Shown here piece after piece: positions 12,775 to 25,361 of a stretch of 46,370 bases of DNA. A program made the translations under genes and the position numbers. Location: contig NW_024705417.1 in the NCBI RefSeq assembly GCF_018977255.1, positions 1-46,370 of the forward strand, read 5' to 3'. Within the stretch, counting starts at the first letter, position 1; every line of letters starts with the position of its first letter. This DNA comes from Callorhinchus milii. Taxonomy: Eukaryota. The notes below the pieces were generated by a model. That model was not told the origin of the DNA and did not search any database. It saw only the letters and a program-made list of their open reading frames with translations.

Positions 12775-12940
12775 CCAGGGTCTGAGCCCCCGGCGCCGAC
12801 GGTTGGTTGGATTTAATCTCGGGCAGTGCTGGTCGCTTGGCGTCCATCAGGAAGTTATTGAAGAAGGCCACCTCCTTCTTCACCTCCTCGATCTTCTCGC
12901 TGTGCTTGTTGAAGATGTGCTTACGGACAAACTCCGGCCC
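12775..12940 (-). CDS. SRRT: SRRT exon 17 (3' boundary ambiguous: GC donor after 12775 or GT donor after 12754)
   Basis: [43 protein letters not shown]...GAQTL; both candidate donors give the required phase 1. Confidence 0.9.
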
Positions 12941-14129
12941 CTGTGGACAAGCACGGGGCAAAGCCGTCACAGCTACATAGGAATAGGAGGCCATTCAGCG
13001 CCTCCGGCCTGTTCCATCAGCTCGTGGCTGATCTGTACCGCAACTCCTTTTGCCCCGTATCCCCCGACCCTCGCCAACCTGACAAACATCTATCAACTCT
13101 ATAGGGGGAGAGGGAGAGAGAGAGGAAGAGTGAGGGGGAAAGAGGGGAGCAGAGGAGAGAGGGAGAGAGGAAAAGCGAGGGAGGGAGAGAGAGAGGACGA
13201 GGTGGGGGAGAGAGGGGAAGAGAGGAGAAGGGAACGGAAGAGAGGAGAGAGAGAGAGAAATGGCTGATCTGTTCCTCAACTCCAATTACCCGCCTTTTCC
13301 CCTCATCCCTTAATCCCCCGACCTAACAAACCTCTAGAAACTCTAGAGGGGGAGAGAGGGAGAGAGGAGGGAGAGGGAGGGAGAGGGAGAGAGAGAGAGA
13401 GCGAGGGAGGGAGGGAGAGAGAGAGGGAAAGTTCCAGATTCCCACTCCCCTTTGTGTGTGTGTGTGAAAAACCACCTCTTGATCTCGCTCCTGAATGGCC
13501 CGGCCCTGATGGTGCGATGAAGCTGCCAGAGCAGGGAGACGAGGGAAAATGCACAGTCACTACACCTGACAGCGAAACGGTTTCGGACTTCTCGGCGGCG
13601 TGTTAAGGCGCGATATCAAATGCATCCGACGTAGCGCCTCATCACGTCGGTGAGACGCCAAAAAGCCCTCAAGCAAAGAAACAATAAATAATAATTTATT
13701 GGCCGCACGAAACCACGGCTGTCTGTAGGGACGCAGTTGGGCGCAATCGGCTGCTGCGTTTCGCCACAAAATATACAGTCACTCCACTTTACGGTATATT
13801 CTGCGAGAGGTCTCGAAGGCGTCAAAAACACTGCAACAAATTATTATTACTTTGTGGACAAAATGCGGCAGCCAATTGCGCACAGAGATGTCCCCACAAA
13901 CAGTCATGGGATGAGCAACCACATTTTTTTTAAGGGATCATTACCCCCAGAAAAGTCATCCACCGATCGACTGTCAGGCATGTTCCTACGTACTGCTGGT
14001 AAACAGAGGCCTGTGTGTGTGTGTGTGTGTGGTGTATATGTGTGTTTCTGCGTGTGTGTGTGGGGGGGGGGAGGGGGTGGGGAGAAGGAAACTTGAGCCG
14101 CCCGGGAATCGAACCCATGTCCTCTGGCT

Positions 14130-14385
14130 TACGAGGCGACGGGTCTAACCCCTGAGCTACAGGGGCTGTGGGGTGGGGGCGAGGGGTCTAACCCCTGAGC
14201 TACAGGGGCTGTGGGGTGCGAGGCGAGGGGTCTAACCCCTGAGCTACAGGGGCTGTGGGATGCGAGGCGAGGGGTCTAACCCCTGAGCTACAGGGGCTGT
14301 GGGGTGCGAGGGGAGGGGTCTAACCCCTGAGCTACAGGGGCTGTGGGGTGCGAGGCGAGGGGTCTAACCCCTGAGCTACAGACTC
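14130..14385 (-). repeat. Tandemly amplified SINE head (about 43-bp unit)
   Basis: Repeated gcgaggggtctaacccctgagctacagggg, contiguous with a SINE body; the same pattern occurs at 31350-31650. Confidence 0.9.
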
Positions 14386-14402
14386 TGCTGTGCTCTCTGT
14401 AC

Positions 14403-14596
14403 CTTGAATTTCTTGCCGCTCAGTGGGCAGAGCCACTTGTCTTTGGCGAGTTCCTGTGTATTGGCCACGATGAACTTCTCCACCTCTTGGTCCCCATCTT
14501 TCTTCCCCATCTTGTTGGCTTCCTCCTCCGACAGAATCTCCCGCACACTGAACAGAGGCGTCAGCTTCTCCTCAAACAGCTTCTGCCACTCGGCCA
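14403..14596 (-). CDS. SRRT: SRRT exon 16
   Basis: (V)[19 protein letters not shown]...[18 protein letters not shown], first half of the zinc finger. Confidence 0.97.
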
Positions 14597-15419
14597 CTGG
14601 GGATGCCACCGAGAAAGGGGGGTGGGGGTGGTGAGAGAGAGAGGGGAGGGAGGGGGTGGGGGGGGAGAAGAGAGATGGGGGAGAGAGAGGAGGCAGAGAA
14701 AGGGGATGGGGTGGGGGAACGAGAGGGGAAAGAGAGAGAAGGGGAATGAAAGAGAGGGTAGAAGGAGAGAGGGTAGAGAGAGAGTGAGTTTACACACGGA
14801 GCCTTTCATGTCAGGAGGACGTCCCAAGGCGCTGGACAGTAAGGGGTTCGGATCAAGAGGGGGTGGAGGGCGGGGAGGGTGGGGGGGTAGGAGGGTGACC
14901 GAAGGTGTGATTGGTCAAAGAGGAGGGTCTTGAGATGGGCCTTGAGGGAGGTGAGGGAGGGGGCGAGGGCGGAAGGACTGTGGGACGGAGTTCCACAGGG
15001 TGGGTCGGGGGGAGCAGAGAGGCTGCGATGGTGGGGTGGGCAGGGCTGGGCGGGGGAGGCCGGAGCTCGCTGAGCGGAAGGAGCGGGCAGGTTGGTAGGG
15101 GATAGGGGGCAGAGGCGGGTAAATGGGAGTTGAGGAACAGATCAGCCATTTTTCTCTCTCCCTCACCTCTCTCCTATTCCCTTCTCCCCCCCACCTCTTC
15201 CTCTCCCTCCCTCCTTGTCAGGTCGAGGAGGGCGGCGGCGGGGGGGGTTAGGGGCTATGGGGCAAAAGGCGGGTAAGTGGGAATTGAGCTACAGGTCAGC
15301 CAAGATCTGATGGAATGGAATGGCAGAACAGGCTGCAGGGGCTGAATGGCCTCCTCCCGTTCCTATTAAACAATGGGCACTGGAGCACAGGGGCCATACC
15401 CCACCCCACCAGCTCTTAC

Positions 15420-15573
15420 CTTCGTGCTGGGAGACCCGGTTGGGGGGGAGGGGGCCCCTGACGTGAACAATGCCACACCGGTTGGGCATCTCGTCCTCAT
15501 TGGGGTACTCGCAGGTGTTGTAGTAATCAATGGAATGGACGATCCGCAGGTAAAGCAGCAACTTATCCAGGAC
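15420..15573 (-). CDS. SRRT: SRRT exon 15
   Basis: [51 protein letters not shown]; gtaaga donor. Confidence 0.97.
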
Positions 15574-15605
15574 CTGGAGAGGGTCAGACACAGCTTTAGC
15601 GGGTT

Positions 15606-15689
15606 TTCTCTCTCTCTCTCTCTCTCTCTTTAGAGAGACATACAGATAGGCGGACAGACAAGAGATGAGACGGGGAGACAGAGAGAGAT

Positions 15690-15745
<56 letters not shown>

Positions 15746-15858
15746 AGAAGACAGAGAGAGAGACAGAGAGAGAGAGAGTGAAGACAGAGAGAGAGCGAGA
15801 GAGACAGAGAGACTGAAGATAGAGAGAGACAGACAGAGAGAGACAGAGCGAGAGAGAG

Positions 15859-15897
<39 letters not shown>

Positions 15898-16103
15898 GAG
15901 AGTAAAGATAGAGAGACAGAGAGAGACAGAGAGAGACAGAGCGAGAGAGAGACAGAGAGAGAGAGAGAGAGACAGAGAGAGTAAAGATAGAGAGACAGAG
16001 AGAGACAGAGCGAGAGAGAGACAGAGAGAGAGTGAGAGAGAGAGAGAGACGGAGAGACAGACAGAAAGAGTGAAGACAGAGAGAGAGAGAGAGAAAGAGA
16101 GAG
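15606..16103. repeat. (GA)n-rich low-complexity repeat filling most of SRRT intron 14
   Basis: Directly visible. Confidence 0.95.
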
Positions 16104-16112
16104 GCTGGCCAC

Positions 16113-16283
16113 CTTGATGAGCTTGTCGTCCCTCTCGATGTTGACCTCGGGGTTGCCTTCCTTGGGCCCCTCGTCGGGGGTGTCGGTGGCCGTGTTGCCC
16201 ATCAGCTCCTCCTCCTCCGCGCTCACCTCCTCGATCAGGTAGTCGGTGATGTTCTTCAGGATGGGGTTCTGCGAAGACAGGCT
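16113..16283 (-). CDS. SRRT: SRRT exon 14
   Basis: [29 protein letters not shown]...[10 protein letters not shown]; phase 0-0. Confidence 0.96.
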
Positions 16284-17507
16284 CTGGCGAAGGCCGAGCC
16301 CGGGGGCCGTTACCATCACCGCAAACAACAACCCCTCGCGGTTCACGCCGGGGCACGGCGTCCCGAAGTGCTTCCCGGGACACACCGTGGAGCGTAGTGA
16401 CTCCCGGACTCACGTGTAGTGTGTGTGTGGGTGTGGTGGGGGGGGGTTGTTGTTGTGGCTGTGTATTTTGGGGGCCAAAAGCAGGCGGACGGGCGATTGC
16501 GGGCGACCGATCTTGACCGGTCACTGCGCTTGGCGGCAAATTCCCGGGAAGCACTTTGGGAACGTCTTCCCTCCCCCCCCCCTCCCTCCCCCCGGGGTTC
16601 AATGCTGGTGTCTGGGGTCTTCTGGTGGCGGAACGAGGCGCTGCAAACACCGACCAGGTCAAGGGAGGGGAAGGTGTCCGTAGGCGCGGTCGGTCGAAGA
16701 GGAGGGCTTTGAAGGAGGCGGAGGGTCGAGGCGGAGGGACTGTGGGATGGAGTTCCAGAGAGTGGGGGGGGGGGGGGGGGGGGGAGTGGGGGGCGAAGAG
16801 GCTGAAGGCCCGACCGTCGACGGTTTACCGTTGGTATCCTATAATATTAATAATAATCCCCAATCTGACCGGTCGCCTTATCGTGTCGGCGAGACGTCTC
16901 GAAGCGCTTCACGGGATAGGCTGCGAAGTGGAGTGACTGTGTGCTTTGCGGGCGAAACGCTGCCGCCACAAACAGCCGTGGGCTCGAGTGGCCAAATTAT
17001 TATTATTTCCCCCGTAAAGCCACCCGTCAATCGACTAACAGGTCTATTCCTACTGATTGCTGGTAAACAGAGGCGCGCGTGTGTGTGTGTGTGGAGGAGT
17101 GGGGAGTAAGGAAACTTGGCTAAGGCTTCGCCCTGACCTGACCTGCCTGGGAGTTGAAACCGGGTCCTCCGACTCGGAGGAGGGAGAGGCTGAGTAATAG
17201 TGTAACAACGATGATATAATTTGCTGTAGATGTTGCTGAGGTCACGTCCTTCTAAGGCAAGGGTGATGAGCGGAGCAGGGCCAGGCGTTTGTCTGACTGA
17301 TTAACAGCATAAGAATTTGCTGACGAAAAACCAAGGACCGTTCCAGTTTAGCATGGTCAGAGTATCTGTGTCTGTGTCTGTGTCTCTGTCTGTGTGTCTG
17401 TCTGTCTGTCTGTCTGTAGATACTGTATCCTCAGATATCATTTCAACAGAAATCGATCTCATTTGTTCTTGAAACACCGACTGTCTCCCTGTGTCTGTCT
17501 GTCTGTT

Positions 17508-17829
17508 TAATAATAATAATCCTCGCATTTGATATAGCGCTTGTCTTTTCACGTCGGGAGGACGTCCCAAAGCGCTTCACAGAACACACCGTAAAGTGAA
17601 TCGACTGTATGTTTGTGGGCGAACGCGGCAGCCAATTGCGCACAGCAATGTCCCACAAACAGTCGGGGATTGAAAATGACCAATTTATTATTGTTTGGTT
17701 TTGGAGGGATTATTATTAGGCTCTGTGTGGAGTAAGGAAACTTGCCCGAGGTTTGGCCCTCTGCCTGGAATTGAACTCAGGTCTCTCACTTGCAAAGCGA
17801 GTGCTCTAACCACTGAGCTACAGGACTCC
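17508..17829 (-). mobile_element. Deu-core SINE, full length
   Basis: Reverse complement of the 3986-4310 element, highly similar. Confidence 0.9.
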
Positions 17830-18034
17830 CTGTTTCCCTGTGTCTGTCTGTCTCTCTCCCTGTGTCTGTCTGTCTCCCTGCGAAGCCTGTGCTGTTTCCC
17901 ATGTTAACTGCTCGCTCACTGCAGTAATGTTTCAGCAGGTTTGTTACGAATTTAACCCCCACCCACCCTTTCGATCGCAGGCCGTGGCCTCTGGTTCTAC
18001 TGTTCTGGCCACAAGGTAAAAACAGCCCACGTAC

Positions 18035-18226
18035 CTCAACCCTCCCGTCCTCGTTGAGGGACTCGGAGGACCAGAGCTGGGACCGGTCGTCCAGGGAGTG
18101 GATGAGTTTGGCCGCTAGTTTGATGTCGTTTCGCACGATCTGTTTGTGCTGTGTCAGGCCGTTAATGCTCCTCACCCGCCTCGCCAGATCCCGATTCACC
18201 ACAGGGCTCAGCTCACACTCACGTAA
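18035..18226 (-). CDS. SRRT: SRRT exon 13
   Basis: [52 protein letters not shown]...RVE; phase 0-0. Confidence 0.96.
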
Positions 18227-18687
18227 CTGTGTGTGGGCGGGGGGGGGGGGGGGGGAGAGGGGGAGAGGGGGAGAGAGAGAGAGGGAGGTGTGATAAAAAC
18301 AGCCCTTGCAACAACTGTATTATTCCAAGTCCTGACGGGGCTTAAACCCACAACCTTCTGACTCAGAGGAGGGAGAGCGCGACACCACTGAGCCAGTCTG
18401 ATGCACACACATTGTGGGGAGTGGGACTAGTTGGGGTAAGAACGGGGGAGGGAGCGGAGCTAGTTGGGGTAAGAGCGGGGGAGGCAGTGGGGCTCGTTGG
18501 GGTAAGAGCGGAGAGAGGGAGTGGGGGCTAGTTGGGATAAGAGCAAGGGAGGGAGTGGGGCTTGTTGGGGTAAGAGCAGGGGGAGGGAGTGGGGGCTAGT
18601 TGGCAGCTCTTCCAAAGAGCCAGCACAGGCACGATGGGCCGAATGGCCTCCTTCTGCGCTGTAAGACCCTACGGTTCTGTCACTCAC

Positions 18688-18766
18688 TCGGATGTTCTGG
18701 AGGTTCCAGCAGATCTCTTTGATGTTCACACTTCGATCGAAGGTCACCCAGGCTCTGCGGAAAAAT
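18688..18766 (-). CDS. SRRT: SRRT exon 12
   Basis: [26 protein letters not shown]; tag acceptor, gtgagt donor. Confidence 0.97.
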
Positions 18767-20108
18767 CTAACAGGAGAAACTGGTCATAATCCCAACGTGG
18801 TCTCCCTCTCCCTGTCCCACAACAACAGCAGCAGCAGCATTTACACAGCCCCCTTCACGTGGGGTAGCGTCCCAGAGCGCTTGAGGGGGGTAGGGAGGGA
18901 TGGAGGGGTTGAGGCGCAGGAATTGAGGGGGAGAGTGATAAGAGTTTTGGGGCGCAGCGGCTGAAGGCACGGCCACCGATGGTGGAGCGGAGGGACAACC
19001 TGGAGGCCAGAGCCGGCCGAGTGGAGGCAGCGGTGGCGGAGTTGGGTGGGGGGAGGGGTTGGGGGGGAGCGGGTTGGAGTGTAGGCAGGGGCGAGGACAC
19101 ACACACACACACACACACTCCCCACCCCACAGTTAGTGAGTCAGTCACTGCACTGGATGCTACGCGAGGCGTAGCTACTAGCAACCTCAACCCCACAGGA
19201 GAAATCCCACCAGGTCTCCCCCCCCACTGCCCACTGCCCCCCAATTGGGGTCAATTGGCGGGGGTTGAGGCTACAGATCAGCCGTGATCTAACAGAATGG
19301 CGGAACAGACTCGAGGGGCTAAAATGACGGGCTGTTTCAACTTGTCCAGAACAGTAGAACCAGAGGACTCACGGCCTGCGATTGACGGGACGGGACGGGG
19401 GGGACGGGGGGGTTAAATTCAGAACAAGTCTACGCAAGCACTATTTCAGTGAGCGAATAGTTAACCCGTGGAATAGGTTGAAGCACGTTCTTTCCAACAC
19501 AGATTAGATTGTTTTCTTTTTCGTCAAAGATTTCTTATGCTACCAGGAATGTGGGACTGCGGTCATCACGAGAAGCTAAAGATGTTTGGATTCTTTTCCT
19601 TGGAGCAGAGAAAACTGAAGGGAGAGTTGATAGAAATGTTCAAAGTGATGAGGGCATTCGATACGGTGAACAAGGAGAAACTATTCCCACTGGTGGGAGG
19701 GCGGGTGAACTGATTCGATAAGAATCAGGGCTATGGGGGGAGAGAGAGAGCGGGGGAGTGGGGTTGATTTGAAAGCTCTTTTCAAAGACCCGCACAGACA
19801 CGATGGGCCGAATGGCCTCCTTCTAGGCTGCATAACTCTATGATTCTACGAATGGTGGAACAGACTCGAGGGGCTGAATGGCCTTCTCCTGTTCCTATGT
19901 CAACAGTCCAAACTCCCCGACGCACCCCCTGTCAACTGGAGTGGAGGTACAGATTGAGCCATGAGGTGCAGAAAGGCCTCCTTCTGTTCCTATGTCAACT
20001 GTCCACCCTCACCCCCTAAATGTCCATGTACCCGCCCCCCCCACCCACCCAGCCAGCCACCCAGCCAGTCCAGCTACCAGGTGAAGCTCTGCTCACGCCG
20101 TGGCTTAC

Positions 20109-20170
20109 CTGCGTTCAGGCTGAGGGTCGGACAGAGCCACTCTCATGAAGCCAGGGAACCTCTTACACAG
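20109..20170 (-). CDS. SRRT: SRRT exon 11
   Basis: LCKRFPGFMRVALSDPQPER(R); cag acceptor, gtaagc donor. Confidence 0.96.
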
Positions 20171-20214
20171 CTGGCGAGAGACAGAAACACAAGCTTTAGG
20201 TACAACACAGCACA

Positions 20215-20438
20215 AATAATAATAATAATAATCCTGGCGTTTGGACCCGGCGCCTCATCACATCGTTGAGACGTCCCGCAGTGCTTCACAGGATACACTG
20301 TAAAGTGTAGTGACTGTATATTTTGTGGGGCGAAAAGCGGCAGCCCCACAAACATCCGTGGGCTGAGTTATTGAAGGGGTTATTACCCCCTGGAAAGTGA
20401 TCCCCCAATCGACTAACAAGCGGTTCCTGCTGGGAAAC

Positions 20439-20473
<35 letters not shown>

Positions 20474-20590
20474 GTGGGGGGGGGGGGAAGGAAACTTGCC
20501 TAAGGTTTCGCCCTGACCTGACCCGCCCAGGAATCGAACCCGGGTCCTCTGGTTTGCGAGGCGAGGGGTCTAACCCCTACACTACACTAC
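20215..20590 (-). mobile_element. Deu-core SINE, second subfamily with (CA)n insert
   Basis: Head ggttcgattcctgggcgggtcaggtcagggcgaaacc, gggggatcactttcc segment, same core and tail. Similar copies lie near 21250-21650, 24548-24958, 28727-29000, 30940-31390 and 36580-36912. Confidence 0.85.
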
Positions 20591-20922
20591 GGGACGCAAG
20601 AATTATTCTCACAAAACGGGGTTGAACAGGAAGAAGAAGGATATGGGGCAAGGGCGGGTAATTGGAATTGAGGTACAGATCAGCCATTTCTCTCTCCCTC
20701 TCCCCTCTCTCCCCTTCCCTTCCCCTCTCACCCCCACCTCTTCCTCTCCCTCCCTCCCTCTTCCTCTCCCCCTATAGAGTCGATAAACATTTTATCAGGT
20801 CGGGGCATCATGGGGTAGAGGCGGGTAATTGGAGTTGAGGTACAGATCTGCCACAATCCGATAGAATGGCGGCACAGGCTGGAGGGGCTGAATGGCCTCC
20901 TCCTGTCCCCGCGTGCTCTCAC

Positions 20923-21080
20923 CGCAATGATCTCGGCCTTCGAGATGTTGGGGGCGATGCTCCTCATGAAGAGGGAGGAGGTCTTGTGTAGCGGGCGGGG
21001 CTTGGGGGCATTCTCCATCTCCTTCTTCTCCTCCTTGGGCTTGTCCTTGTGTTCCTCCTTTCTCTCCGCTTTGGGCTCGT
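20923..21080 (-). CDS. SRRT: SRRT exon 10 (start of RRM)
   Basis: (D)[17 protein letters not shown]...[27 protein letters not shown]; canonical sites. Confidence 0.96.
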
Positions 21081-21777
21081 CTGCGGTTTGGCCGGAGAGA
21101 GAGAGAGAGAGAGAGAAGCTTTAGTAACATGGTGAGGGCGGGCATGGCAGGGCGGGAGGCATGGAGCAGGCCGGAGCCCGCTGAGCCCGTGGAGGGAGTG
21201 GACAGGTTGACACAGCGTTAGCAGGTCACAGAGGTAAAAATGATAACAACAACAACAACAACAATAATCCTGGCGTTTGACCCGGCGCCTGATCACGTTG
21301 TCGTGACGTCTCAAAGCGCTTCACAGGACACACAGTAAAATGTAGTGACTGCGTGTTTTGGGGGACAACTGCGCCCAGCGACGTCCCCACAAACAGCCGT
21401 GGGTTGAAGTGACCAAATTATTATTGTTTTGAAGGGATTATTACCCCCGGAAAGTGATCCCCCAATCGCCTGACAACCGGGTTCCTACCGACTGCCGGGG
21501 ACACAGGCGTGTGTGTGTGTGTGTGTGTGTGTGGTGGGTGGGGGGTGTGGGGTGGGGGGGGGGGAGAGGAGTAAGGAAACTTGCCAAACACTTCGCCCCG
21601 ACCTGACTTGAGAGGCAAAGGCTCGAACCACTGAGTTACAGGACTCCATAAGGTAGGGAGGAGCAAAGCCCAGGAGGGCTTTGAAGACACACACACACAC
21701 AGTCACACACACAGTCACACACGCAGCCACCCACCCACAAAATACACGGCTGGTTAGAAAAATAAATCCTGTGCCGA

Positions 21778-22320
21778 GCCCCACTCCCCTCTCTCTTACC
21801 CCAACTAGCCCCACTCCCCCCTCTCTTACCCCAACTAGTCCCCCCCCCCCCCCCCCCACCCCCCCGCTCTTACCCCAACTAGCCCCCCCCCTCTTACCCC
21901 AACTAGCCCCACTCCCCTCTCTCCCCAACTAGTTCCACTCCCCGCTCTTACCCCAACTAGCCCCACTCCCCCGCTCTTACCCCAACTAGCCCCACTCCCC
22001 CGTTCTTACCCCAACTAGCCCTACTCCCCCGCTCTTACCCCCAACTAGTCCTCACTCCCCCGCTCTTACCCCAACTAGTCCCACTCCCCCGCTCTTACCC
22101 CAACTAGCCCCACTCCCCGCTCTTACCCCAACTAGCCCTACTCCCCCGCTCTTACCCCCAACTAGTCCTCACTCCCCCGCTCTTACCCCAACTAGTCCCC
22201 CCCGCTCTTACCCCAACTAGCCCCATTCCCCCACTCTTACCCCAACTAGCCCCACTCCGCCGATCTTACCCCAACTAGCCCCACTCCCCCACTCTTACCC
22301 CAACTAGCCCCACTCCCCCC
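21778..22320. repeat. Minisatellite of about 29 bp (ctcttaccccaactagccccactcccccg), derived from a CR1-type 3' tail
   Basis: The same unit is arrayed at 11900-12025, 18415-18600 and 25478-25718; at 18600 and 25478 it runs directly into gctcttccaaagagcc tail sequence. Confidence 0.9.
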
Positions 22321-22377
22321 GAAGTAACATTAACTTGCTGCTGTTCCCTGTCCCCAGGTCAGGGTGAAATTGCTTAC

Positions 22378-22416
22378 CTGCTTTCTGGTTCTTTTCCTCC
22401 CCTTCTCTCGCTTTAC
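22378..22416 (-). CDS. SRRT: Candidate extra 39-nt SRRT exon (9b)
   Basis: ctcttcctgattag acceptor, CAG/gtaagc donor, phase 1-1, open frame (G)KAREGEEKNQKA with the same composition as the flanking linker. Confidence 0.75.
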
Positions 22417-23112
22417 CTAATCAGGAAGAGAAGCAGGAAATTATACCAACAACAACAACAACTCTCGATGGGGACAAAAACAACAACAACTAATTAGACT
22501 TGTACAGCGCCTTTCACACCAGGAGGACGTCCCAAGGCACTGGGCATTCAAGGGCCCGGATGCAAAATAGGAACTGGGTTCGATTCCCCGGGCAGGGCAA
22601 AGATTTGGGGCTAACACATGGGAATCACTAGACCAAAAAAGACCAAGGTTCTCATCTTCCCTCTGGCAAAAGAACCAGAGGGGAGAATGAGGAGACACTG
22701 TTTTACACAAGAGAATCGTTACGGTCTGGAACGCACAGCCTGAGAGGGTGGGAACGGATTCAATAACAACTTGCAAAAGGGAATTAGATAGGGACTTCAA
22801 AAGGAAAAAAATTGCAGGGGTATTGGGTAAGAGCGGGGGAGTGGGGCTCGTTGGGGTAAGAGCGGGGGAGTGTGTGTGTGTGGGGGGGGGGGGGGGAGTG
22901 AGGAAACTTTCCGAAGGTTTCGCCCTGACCTGACCCGCCCGGGAATCAAACCCCTGTTCTCTCGCATTTGAGGTGAGGGGTCTAACCCCTGAGCTGCAGG
23001 ACTCCACTCCTCAACCGTCCAAATTCAAGGGAATACAGACCAATAATAATAATAATAATCCTTGCATTTGATGCAGAACCCTTCACGTCTTCTAGACATC
23101 TGTAGACATCTT

Positions 23113-23438
23113 TGGAGTCCTGTAGCTCAGTGGTTAGAGCACTCGCTTTGCAAGTGAGAGACCTGAGTTCAATCCCAGGCAGAGGGCGAAACCTTGAGCA
23201 AGTTTCCTTACTCCACACAGAGCCTAATAATAATCCCTCCAAAACCAAAAACAATAATAAATTGGTCATTTCCAATCCACGACTGTTTGTGGGACATTGC
23301 TGTGCGCAATTGGCCGCCGCGTTCACCCACAAATATACAGTCAATTCACTTTACAGTGTGTTCTGTGAAGCGCTCTGGGACGTCCTCCCGACGTGAAAAG
23401 CGCTATATCAAATGCAAGGATTATTATTATTATTATTA
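23113..23438 (+). mobile_element. Deu-core SINE, full length
   Basis: Near-identical to 3986-4310. Confidence 0.9.
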
Positions 23439-23730
23439 TCTCAAAGCGCTTTACAGAACAGACTGTAAAGTGAATTGGCCGTATATTTTGTGGGCGAAAC
23501 GCGGCAGCAATCCTGTTTTGAAACAACCAATTTATAATTGTTTTTTTTCTTGAGGCATTATTATCAGTCATGTAGAAACTTGCCCGAGGTTTCATATTGC
23601 TGGGAATGAAATCCAGAACTTCATCCCACAGTCCCTTCGCCTGGCCCCCTCGCCGTGCCTCCTTCAAGACCTGTTTCAAGAACCTTCCTTTCCTCTTAGA
23701 CCGTGCCGCCTTTGGTCACTCTCCTACCTC

Positions 23731-24245
23731 CACACGGAAACCCGTCACCGTGACCGGTCGGGTGTCTGACACACACGGAAACCCGTCACCGTGACCGGTC
23801 GGGTGTCTGACACACACGGAAACCCGTCACCGTGACCGGTCGGGTGTCTGACACACGGAAACCCGTCACCGTGACCAGCCGGGTGTCTGACACACACACA
23901 CGGAAACCCGTCACCGTGACCGGTCGGGTGTCTGACACACACGGAAACCCGTCACCGTTGCTTAAGGGTCTCCAAACCCGACTGAGAATTCCCCACATCG
24001 CCCCCACACCTGGAAACCCCAGAGAGAGATCGTTGGGATGGAATGTGCTCTCTCTCTCTCTCTCTCTCTCCCCCCGGAGGGACGCCCTCTGCTTACCTAA
24101 TTCCGGAGAGTATTAGGCGCAGGTTGGCGAGAGCCAAGGCTTTGGGGGGAGCCCAGAGTGTGTGTTGGGGGGTAACTGCTGGGGTCTAACCGGCTAAACC
24201 CACACACAGCTCAGCCATCGAGAGAGAGAGAGAGAGCCAGCGCTG
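23731..24245 (-). mobile_element. Inverted copy of the composite repeat with 41-bp array
   Basis: Reverse complement of about 8540-9085. Confidence 0.8.
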
Positions 24246-24287
24246 TATGTGGTTGTGTTGCTGTTGCTGTTGTTCCCCGGCCAGTAC

Positions 24288-24420
24288 CTGGATTGGGTTC
24301 CTGTGGCTTCTCCAGGCCGGTAGGAGCTGCCTCAGGCTCGGATTCCGAATCGGAAGCGGTGCCATCATCCTCGTCATAGCTGTCGTCTCCGCTGCGCTTT
24401 CTCTTGCGTTTCTTGCCCAC
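24288..24420 (-). CDS. SRRT: SRRT exon 9
   Basis: VGKKRKRKRSGDDSYDEDDGTASDSESE...PNP; resembles human KKRNRKHSGDDSFDEGSVSESESE; phase 0-1. Confidence 0.92.
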
Positions 24421-25217
24421 CTGCGCGAGCGAGGGGGGAGGAGAGATAGAGTGCGTTAGCTCGCCCATCACAAGGCCGGCACTCCACCATCAACGGCAGC
24501 AACTTGGATGGTCACAGCGTCTCCGAGAGCTCAACGATTACCTTCCCAGTTTAATAATAATAATCCCGGGGTTTGTCTGATGTGATTTGCCTCATCACAT
24601 CGTTGAGACGTCTCAAAGCGCTTCATGGGACACATTGTCAAGTGGAGTGACTGTGTGTTTTGTGGGCGAAACGCGACAGCCAATTGCACCCAGCGACGTC
24701 CCCACAAACGGCCGGGGGTTGAAGTGACCAAGTTATTAGTATTATAGTTTTGAGGGGATTATTACCCCCGGAAAGTGACCCCCACCCCAATCCACTGACA
24801 ACCGGGCTCCTACTCACTGCAAACAGAGGTGTGTGCGTGTGTGTGTGTTCACGTGCGTGGGGGGGTACAGAAACTTATCTAAGATTTCGCCCTGACCTGA
24901 TCCGCCCAGGAATCAAACCCAGGTTCTCTGGCTTGCTCGGGGTCTAACCAGGACTCCACAAGCCTTTTGCCAGTTAGCGGGGGTGGGGGGCTGGAAGCAT
25001 GGTTGCCGATGGTGGAGCGGAGGCACGAGGGACAAGTAGGGGAAAGAGAGAGAGAGAGAGAGAGGGGCAGAGACTGAGAGAGAGAGAGAGAGAGAGAGAA
25101 TGAATGAATGAATGAAAGAGAGAGAAAGAGAGAGAGAGAGAGACTGATATAGAGAGAGAGAGGGGGAGAGACCGAGAGGTTAGCAGAAAGTGGTCAAGAC
25201 TAAAGAACGAGGGATAC

Positions 25218-25361
25218 CTTCTTTGCGGAGTTCTCCTCAGACACCGTGGACTTGTCGGCCTTGTCCCGCTCCTCTCCCTTGTCCTCGCCCGGGGGCTTGG
25301 CTTTGTTCTCCTCTCTCTCCTGCTGTTTCTTCTCCTCGTCCCCCGCAGACACGCTCTCTCC
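25218..25361 (-). CDS. SRRT: SRRT exon 8 (acidic/Lys-rich linker)
   Basis: GESVSAGDEEKKQQ...STVSEENSAKK; phase 0-0; cag acceptor, gtatcc donor. Confidence 0.85.

Noticed and set aside
15289..16662. 457-aa ORF and other long ORFs (1038-1955, 4471-5313, 37694-38368, 38510-39208, 43318-44091)
   Set aside because: They are translations of microsatellite, minisatellite or CpG-island sequence lacking stops. Only the embedded SRRT exons and L2 remnants are meaningful.
17263..17300. C/D box snoRNA (GTGATGA...CTGA)
   Set aside because: The boxes are only about 30 nt apart and antisense to the host gene.
17301..17360. Peptide MLNWNGPWFFVSKFLCC as an alternative SRRT exon
   Set aside because: The sequence resembles a CR1-type 3' end (similar to 19510-19545) and has no fitting splice sites.
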